A stretch of DNA of 28,478 nucleotides from the NCBI RefSeq assembly GCF_006345805.1, contig NW_021833541.1, positions 1 through 28,478 of the forward strand, in the 5' to 3' direction. A program made the position numbers and the translations under genes. This document shows positions 21,934 through 28,478 of the stretch, in pieces. Below the pieces are notes generated by a model, which saw only the letters and a list, made by a program, of their open reading frames with translations, was not told where the DNA came from and did no database searches. Source of the stretch: Octopus sinensis. Lineage: Eukaryota. The first letter of the stretch is position 1; each line of letters opens with the position of its first letter.

Positions 21934-22552
21934 TTGAAGGTACCAGTGAATTGGATGTTTAACACACCCCTTTTAAGGTACCAGTGAATTGGATGTTTAA
22001 CACACCCCTTTGAAGGTACCAGTGAGTTGGATGTTTAACACAACTCTTTGAAGGTACCAGTGAGTTGGATGTTTAACACAACTCTTTTAAGGTACCAGTG
22101 AGTTGGATGTTTAACACACCCTTTGAAGGTACCAGTGAGTTGGATGTTTAACACACCCCTTTGAAGGTACCAGTGAGTTGGATGTTTAACACACCCCTTT
22201 GAAGTACCAGTGAGTTGGATGTTTAACACACCCCTTGAAGGTACCAGTGAGTTGGATGTTTAACACACCCCTTTGAAGGTACCAGTGAGTTGGTGTTTAA
22301 CACACCTTTGAAGGTACCAGTGAGTTGGATGTTTAACACACCCCTTTGAAGGTACCAGTGAGTTGGATGTTTAACACACCCCTTTGAAGGTACCAGTGAG
22401 TTGGATGTTTAACACACCCCTTTGAAGGTACCAGTGAGTTGGATGTTTAACACACCCCTTTGAAGGTACCAGTGAATTGGATGTTTAACACACCCCTTTG
22501 AAGGTACCAGTGAGTTGGATGTTTAACACACCCCTTTGAAAGTACTAGTGAA
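21934..22552. repeat. 38-bp minisatellite, 16 near-perfect units plus a partial unit
   Basis: Unit GGTACCAGTGAGTTGGATGTTTAACACACCCCTTTGAA; unit starts at 21939, 21977, 22015, 22053, 22091, 22128 and so on to 22503. No spacers. Confidence 0.97.
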
Positions 22553-22554
22553 TA

Positions 22555-23388
22555 CATCCATACCTCACCGTATGTCGTTCATTGGTTTCAAGAGACAGAG
22601 TTAAGTCGAAAAACGACTTAAGTTGAATTAACGTGTCTCTAGGCTAGGTTAAGCCGAATTTAGTTGCCTCTAGGCTAAATCAATAATAACCATTCTCAGT
22701 TCTGTACTTTATTTTCTAATGCATTTTTAATAATAGATGGTTAATAAAAGCCATTTGTGCTAAAATCTTGTTCTTCTTATGTACACCCATCGATACAGTT
22801 GTCCAATTCATCCCAAAAGATTGCGCAATTGCTACCGCGTTTTCACCTTTTCCATGGCGTTTTATCATAGCCAGTTTATCTTCCAGCGTCATAGCATGGC
22901 GCTTAGTACTTTCAATATGAATATTGTTAGGATCCAGAGGAGCAACAAATAGAGTCACAAACGATATGAGAATCGGAAACAGCCGATAAAACAATATGAA
23001 TTTAAAACAATTGCGGGAATGACGAGTGAAAACGACGGCTAACGGTAGATATTGGAACTACAGTGAAATATGAGCTCCGAAACACCGATAAATAAGACAA
23101 CACAGCAGATTTCATGATTCTTTTCACGAAGCTACACTACTTTATGGTGCGTATCTTAACATTTACTGTATGTATTTTATATGATTTTTATATGTTTTTA
23201 TTCTTATTTATTGTACAGTAATATGATTTTATGTGCTTTCAACGGTTTTCTAGTGACTTTACGATTCCAATATTTGTGGCGGACAGACATAAAGTCGAGT
23301 AAAATTACTTAACTTGATTTTTATTTTACGAAATATTATTTTTGAAATTGATGTATAATCGAGAACGAGTTAAGTCGAGTTGTGCTTG
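22555..23388 (-). mobile_element. Non-autonomous pogo/Tigger-like DNA transposon derivative retaining the N-terminal HTH
   Basis: Minus-strand KRHAMTLEDKLAMIKRHGKGENAVAIAQSFGMNWTTVS..HKKNKI (psq/CENP-B-type HTH of Tigger transposases). Ends read TA|CATCCATACCTC and, on the minus strand, TA|CAAGCACAACTC (about 14/23 identical, Tigger-like). Subterminal GAGTTAAGTCGA repeats near 22600 and 23367. Confidence 0.75.
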
Positions 23389-23436
23389 TACATATATATA
23401 TATCATGCCTATATGTATGTATATTATGTATATGTG

Positions 23437-23483
<47 letters not shown>

Positions 23484-23519
23484 GTATGCATGGTATGTAT
23501 ATATGTATGTATATATGTA

Positions 23520-23578
<59 letters not shown>

Positions 23579-24143
23579 GGGTAATAAGAATTACAGAAAT
23601 TGTTATTATTAGTGGCCTAGCACAAAAAAATTGTCAATAGACTATATATTATTCACATAAAAAATATAATAATGTACACGATATATATATAAAACAAAGT
23701 TTTTTTGAGGTGGGGGGTACCGCACGAGTAAAAATATAAGAAAAAGAACCTAAAAATGCAGGAGTTTTTTTAAAGTATTAACTTAACCGGTTTCACTTAT
23801 TTACAAAGATTTTCAAAAGTAAAGTATGAGGTTTTGTGTATCCCCTGCGATAAGCCAAACAATAGTCTACATAAAACGTTCAGATCAGGTAATAATTGTT
23901 GTTTTTTTACAATGATAAGACAATACAAATTAGTTTTCTTTTGAAGACACCTACATCCAGCCTGTGTAGGTCTCTGTGGGCACTTGAAACCCAAACTGTT
24001 GCAGTATCTGGCCGTGTTCTCTGATGGTAATGTTGGGATTTTTGGTACTATGCAGTGCTCCCCTCCCCATTCTGCTGTTTGCGTAACTTACAATTCCAAG
24101 GTTAGATACAAGCTCTTCTAGAATTTTCCAGATGTATAATATC

Positions 24144-24507
24144 ACGACGACGCTGTGGAGATCTCATTCTCACTCACAACATCATAAGCGGAAAGTGTAA
24201 CCTCTCGAAAGAGCTGTTCTTCACTCCTGCTCCAGAGCGTCGGCTGTGGGGTCATTCCGAAAAGCTCTATCTGCGACGATTTCATCTCAATCGAAGGGGA
24301 GAGGCTTTCTCCGTCCGGTTTGCGGATCCGTGGAATAAGCTGCCAGACGAGATGGTGAAGATGCCGACGACCGCTCGGTTCAAAGTCACCCTTGACCTCA
24401 AGGGGCCTGAACTCTTTACATGAACACCACCCTGTACATAACTCCATGTTCCCCTACATGGCCTTGCTTTTTGCTTTTTGAGCCAAAAAATTAACTAACT
24501 AACTAAC
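24144..24507 (+). mobile_element. 5'-truncated CR1-type LINE 3' end with (TAAC)n tail, inserted antisense into the host LINE
   Basis: Reads RRRCGDLILTHNIISGKCNLSKELFF...RLWGHSEKL...RGEAFSVRFADPWNKLPDEMV...FKVTLD, stop at 24421-24423, tail TTAACTAACTAACTAAC. Confidence 0.88.
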
Positions 24508-24777
24508 ATATCTTTCCTGCTTTCATTCTATAGAGTAGAATCTTACCTTTTTTAGTTTCTCCCAGTAGCTGACATATCACATTGAGATGATCTTCTTTGT
24601 GTAGCTTTTTTGGATTGCTTCGAGTTCCATTTCATACTGTGTGGTGACCACAGTCGGAACCAGTAATCCAAACAGCTGATGACGAATGTCTTTCAGAAGA
24701 CCATCATAGTTTCCTGTTTACTCATTCTGAAATTCCTATAGGATCCGCCCGGACAACTGTTTGCATTTTATTGTCAA

Positions 24778-25172
24778 CTAACAGTATCGCCCGGCGTTGC
24801 TCGGGTTTGTAAGGGAAATAACTATATAAGAATTTTTAGAGATGTAAAGTATAATAGCCATCTCAATATGGTTAACCACAAAGGGGGGGGGTGTTACTGT
24901 AGCTTTTTACGTTCTGAGATTTAATAATGAATTTTTAGAGAGTTACTTCCCTTATATATGCCAAAAATGCATTAAAAATGGGAAAAATTGATGGTAATTA
25001 TTTTTTTTAATCGTAGACTCATCGTAGACGCGCGCTAATACCCAGAAGGGCTCGATATGAATCACAACTATAAGATACCCGGTTTTGGTTAAACTGCACC
25101 GCAAAATGTGGGAGTAGTTAGGAATCTAAATCGTAGGAGACAGACACACAACCTCACTTTTATATATAAAGA
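24778..25172 (-). mobile_element. Non-autonomous Helitron-like element
   Basis: Minus strand starts A|TCTTTATATATAAAAG and ends with hairpin CCCG-AGCAACGC-CGGG, then CGATACTGTTAG|T (CTAG variant). Inserted at A^T with no TSD; removing it restores the host frame F-Q-M-R-N-T-I-L-T-I-K-C-K-Q. Confidence 0.82.
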
Positions 25173-25584
25173 TATTGTATTACGCATCTGGAAAGATGCA
25201 TCATTACTCATGTCGATGCCCAGATCGCACACTGGTTTTGATTCAGAGATTACAATCTCTCCTGGGCCAATGAATTCTGTCTACCTTTCATTGAATTTCG
25301 TGTATTAGTAACGCAGGGTTTGGAATTTCCCAGCATTAAGCAGCATGTTATTTCCCTCAGCCTACGTTGTGTCCATCTCCCTTCTCCAGATGTGCAACGT
25401 TTCCAGGGTTCTTTATCCTCTGAGACATTTTTGTATCGTCTGCATATTTAGCAAGGGTAGTAATCTAGGCTGTTGAGGGCAAGTCTCAGAGTGCTGCTAG
25501 GAATAGCAGCGGCCCCAAAACAGTGCCCTCTGGAACACCAGTCATTATTTAGGCTTCCTTGGAGATATATTTATATATATACAT

Positions 25585-25773
25585 AGCAAGTAGCCTACTG
25601 CTGTGGAAGCCAAACCAAGGCCGTACTCGAGCAGGTTGTCCGGACACAGCATGTGTAGATCAACTGACCAGAGACATCAGATGCCTCCCTGAAGATCTCC
25701 CTCAACTAATGCAGAACCGAGATGGATGGTATGCGCAGGGTTAAAAATGCCTGAACAAACTCAACTCGATGAT
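25585..25773 (+). mobile_element. 3' fragment of an RTE/RTEX-group LINE
   Basis: Reads ASSLLLWKPNQGRTRAGCPDTACVDQLTRDIRCLPEDLPQLMQNRDGW, the same C-terminal pattern as 5502-5719 but a different family; short TGATGA end. Confidence 0.72.
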
Positions 25774-25820
<47 letters not shown>

Positions 25821-25844
25821 CACATATGTATTTATGTATGTATG

Positions 25845-26044
25845 TATACATATTAGAGGGAAACCACTATGTGGACAACCTTATGCTAGAAATAGATCCG
25901 CTATGGTCTTACCACTAAGAAATGTTCTCACGAAAAATTTAGCAAAACAAATTTTTTTTTAGAACATTTCTTAGTGGTAAGACCATAGTGGATCTATTTC
26001 TAGCATAAGGGTGTCCACATAGTGGTTTCCCTCTAATATGTATA
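25845..26044. mobile_element. Fold-back element / MITE-like: 84-bp inverted repeats with a 32-nt spacer
   Basis: 25845-25928 versus 25961-26044 match at 82 of 84 positions as inverted repeats; a possible TA TSD flanks GAGGGAAACC...GGTTTCCCTC. Confidence 0.8.
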
Positions 26045-26157
26045 TAATACAATTTTACTGAACCTTCAGTTTTTTTATATGCTAGACCACTGGTGTGAAA
26101 TCGATGTTAATTAAATTAATATCTAATTCCTCACCCTCATTTTAAATTTATATATAC

Positions 26158-26313
26158 AGGCGCAGGAGTGGCTGTGTGGTAGGTAGCTTGCTAACCAACC
26201 TCATGCTTCTGGGTTCAGTCCCACTGCGTGGCATCTTGGGCAAGTGTCTTCTGCTATAGCCCGGGCCGACAACTGTGGATTTGGTAGACGGAAACTGAAA
26301 GAAGCCTGTCGTT

Positions 26314-26376
<63 letters not shown>

Positions 26377-26597
26377 ATGTTTGTGTGTCTGCGTTTGTCT
26401 CCCTAGCATTGCTTGACAACCGATGGTGGTGTGTTTACGTCCCCGTCACTTAGCGGTTCGGCAAAAGAGACCGATAGAATAAGTACTGGGCTTACAAAGA
26501 ACAAGTCCCGGGGTCGATTTGCTCGACTAAAGGATGTGCTCCAGCATGGCCGCAGTCAAATGACTGAAACATGTAAAAGAGTAAAAGAGTAAAGAGT
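26158..26597 (+). mobile_element. Family C tRNA-derived SINE, near full length, with internal TA/TG microsatellite
   Basis: A-box TGGCTGTGTGG, B-box GGGTTCAGTCCC, tail ...CTGAAACATGTAAAAGAGTAAAAGAGT; closely matches 28035-28463. Confidence 0.93.
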
Positions 26598-26728
26598 AAT
26601 ATATATAATATGGTATAATTATAAAAAGGGCAGATTTTATCCATTTCCCTGCAGACTGAAAAACGAATGATGAAATAACCTTAATCGATTTTCCAACCTT
26701 ATTGGGTTCTCATCAGAGGAGTCTGCAC

Positions 26729-26730
<2 letters not shown>

Positions 26731-26788
<58 letters not shown>

Positions 26789-26812
26789 ATATATATATAT
26801 ATATATATATAT
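26731..26812. repeat. (CT)n followed by (AT)n
   Basis: Directly visible. Confidence 0.95.
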
Positions 26813-27137
26813 AATGTTATACAGCGATGTGCAATATGCTGTACAGTATATATATACAGATTACGCTGTATATATACTGTATACAATGCTGTATATTCTG
26901 CTATACAGTATAACTACACCAATGACTGCAAAACGGTGGTGTGTATCATGGCATAGAGTATAAATATATAACGGAGAGTGTACAAGTGATTTGATATCAA
27001 AATATTTAATCTGAAGCCATCAAAGAAAATATTCTGATAATGCAGTTGTTTATTAAATTCTGGTTTAATTCCTGAAATACAACCGAAGCCATAGATTTGG
27101 TGTTCTTCATCAAGTGAACAATATCGTCAAATTAATG

Positions 27138-27378
27138 TACTACTACTACTACTAGTAGTAGTAGTAGTAGTAGTAGTAGTAAAATAGTAGAAGTAGTAGT
27201 AGTAGTTGTAGTAGCAGTAGTAGCAGCAGCAGCAGTAGTTGTAGTAGTAATAGCAGCAACAGCAGCAGCAGCAGTAGTAGTAGTAGTAGTAGTAGTAGTA
27301 GCAGCAGCAGCAGCAACAACAGCAGTTGTTGTAGTAGTAATAGCAGCAACAGCAACAGCAGCAGTAGTGGTAGTAGTG

Positions 27379-27415
<37 letters not shown>

Positions 27416-27535
27416 CAGCAGCAGCAGCAGTAGCAGTAGCAGTAGTAGTAGTGGTGGTGGTGGTGGTGGTGGTGGTGGTTTTGGTGGTGGTGGTGGTGGT
27501 GGTGGTGGTGGTGGTGGTTGTGGTGGTGATGGTTG
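27138..27535. repeat. Long compound trinucleotide array (TAC, TAG, CAG, TGG)
   Basis: Directly visible; includes a duplicated GTTGTAGTAGTAATAGCAGCAACAGCA block. Confidence 0.93.
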
Positions 27536-27663
27536 CAAGAGAGGTTAAGTGTTATATATAGCAAATGACCCAAGATTTCAGTATTGAAGTGTGTGTGTGC
27601 GCGTGCGCTTTTGCGTGCGTATGTTTGTGTGTGTGTGTGTGTGAGAGAGAAGGAGAGAGAGAG

Positions 27664-27703
<40 letters not shown>

Positions 27704-27976
27704 TGTTTGTCTGAGTTCATGTGTGTGAGTAAGTGTGTGGAAACCTGAAAAAGTAAATCCAGGAAGCCGTGGTTTCGGCAAAATTAATGACGTCCACTAA
27801 AGCTATTGATCCGTTTTTACCTTTTGCAAATCAAGAAATTAAGCACACACACACACAAATAAAAAAACGAACACACCTTACACACATATATGTGTGTGTA
27901 TGTGTTTGAGTCTGTGTGTATATTCATGGATATTCATGCACACGTATACACGCACCACACGCATATATATATAATA

Positions 27977-28027
<51 letters not shown>

Positions 28028-28034
28028 TATATAT

Positions 28035-28199
28035 AGGCGCAGGAGTGGCTGTGTGGTAAGTAGCTTGCTTACCAACCACATGGTTCCGGGTTCAGTCCCA
28101 CTGCGTGGCATCTTGGGCAAGTGTTTTCTGCTATAGCCCCGGGCGACCAATGCCTTGTGGGTGGATTTGGTAGACGGAAACTGAAAGAAGCCTGTCGTA

Positions 28200-28242
<43 letters not shown>

Positions 28243-28463
28243 TATGTGTGTGTGTTTGTGTGTCTGTGTTTGTCCCCTAGCATTGCTTGACAACCGATGC
28301 TGGTGTGTTTACGTCCCCGTCACTTAGCGGTTCGGTAAAAGAGACCGATAGAATACAGTACGGGCTTACAAAAGAATAAGTCTCGGGGTCGAGTTACTCG
28401 ATTAAAGCGGTGCTCAGCATGGCCGCAGTCAAATGACTGAAACATGTAAAAGAGTAAAAGAGT
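28035..28463 (+). mobile_element. Family C tRNA-derived SINE, full length, embedded in (TA)n
   Basis: Same boxes and tail as 26158-26597; TA tracts on both flanks. Confidence 0.93.
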
Positions 28464-28478
28464 ATATATATATATATA

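Larger units (their letters stand above)
23930..25550 (-). mobile_element. Old CR1-group LINE (RT domain to C-terminus), interrupted by two later insertions
   Basis: Minus strand: GVPEGTVLGPLLF (25501-25539), YADDTK (YADD at 25435-25446), KCKQLSGRIL, ELEAIQKSYTKKI..SYWEKLK, ILYIWKILEELV, YCNSLGFK, DVGVFKRKL; many stops. Confidence 0.85.

Noticed and set aside
21934-22552. CRISPR-like array
   Set aside because: Units are contiguous with no unique spacers, there are no cas genes, and the context is eukaryotic. The 64-aa minus ORF is an artefact of a 38-bp period.
26841-26880. Short hairpin ACAGTATATATATACAG...CTGTATATATACTGT
   Set aside because: Mostly self-complementary TA repeat; low information.

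Overview
AT-rich, microsatellite-dense eukaryotic intergenic or intronic DNA, most likely from an octopus. That assignment rests on my recollection that the three SINE families here are abundant Octopus repeats and was not database-checked. No host protein-coding gene is supported; most ORF-track entries are translated microsatellites or transposon antisense frames. The window holds a fossil Tc1/mariner (DD41D-like) transposase (1-1130), about 12 tRNA-derived SINE copies or fragments from three head families (A, B, C), and a HERO-like restriction-endonuclease LINE remnant (6769-8330) followed by a long (AAT)n array. It also holds RTE and CR1-group LINE fragments, a CR1-group LINE interrupted by a second LINE and a Helitron (23930-25550), a Tigger/pogo derivative, two fold-back elements and a 38-bp minisatellite. 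The most interesting signals are hammerhead-ribozyme-like cores in Penelope-like fragments and in one SINE tail, modular SINEs (one head with three tails, a dimer inside one TSD, a hairpin shared across families), the nested LINE stack, and a near-perfect 84-bp-stem hairpin. All family assignments come from motif recognition by eye.
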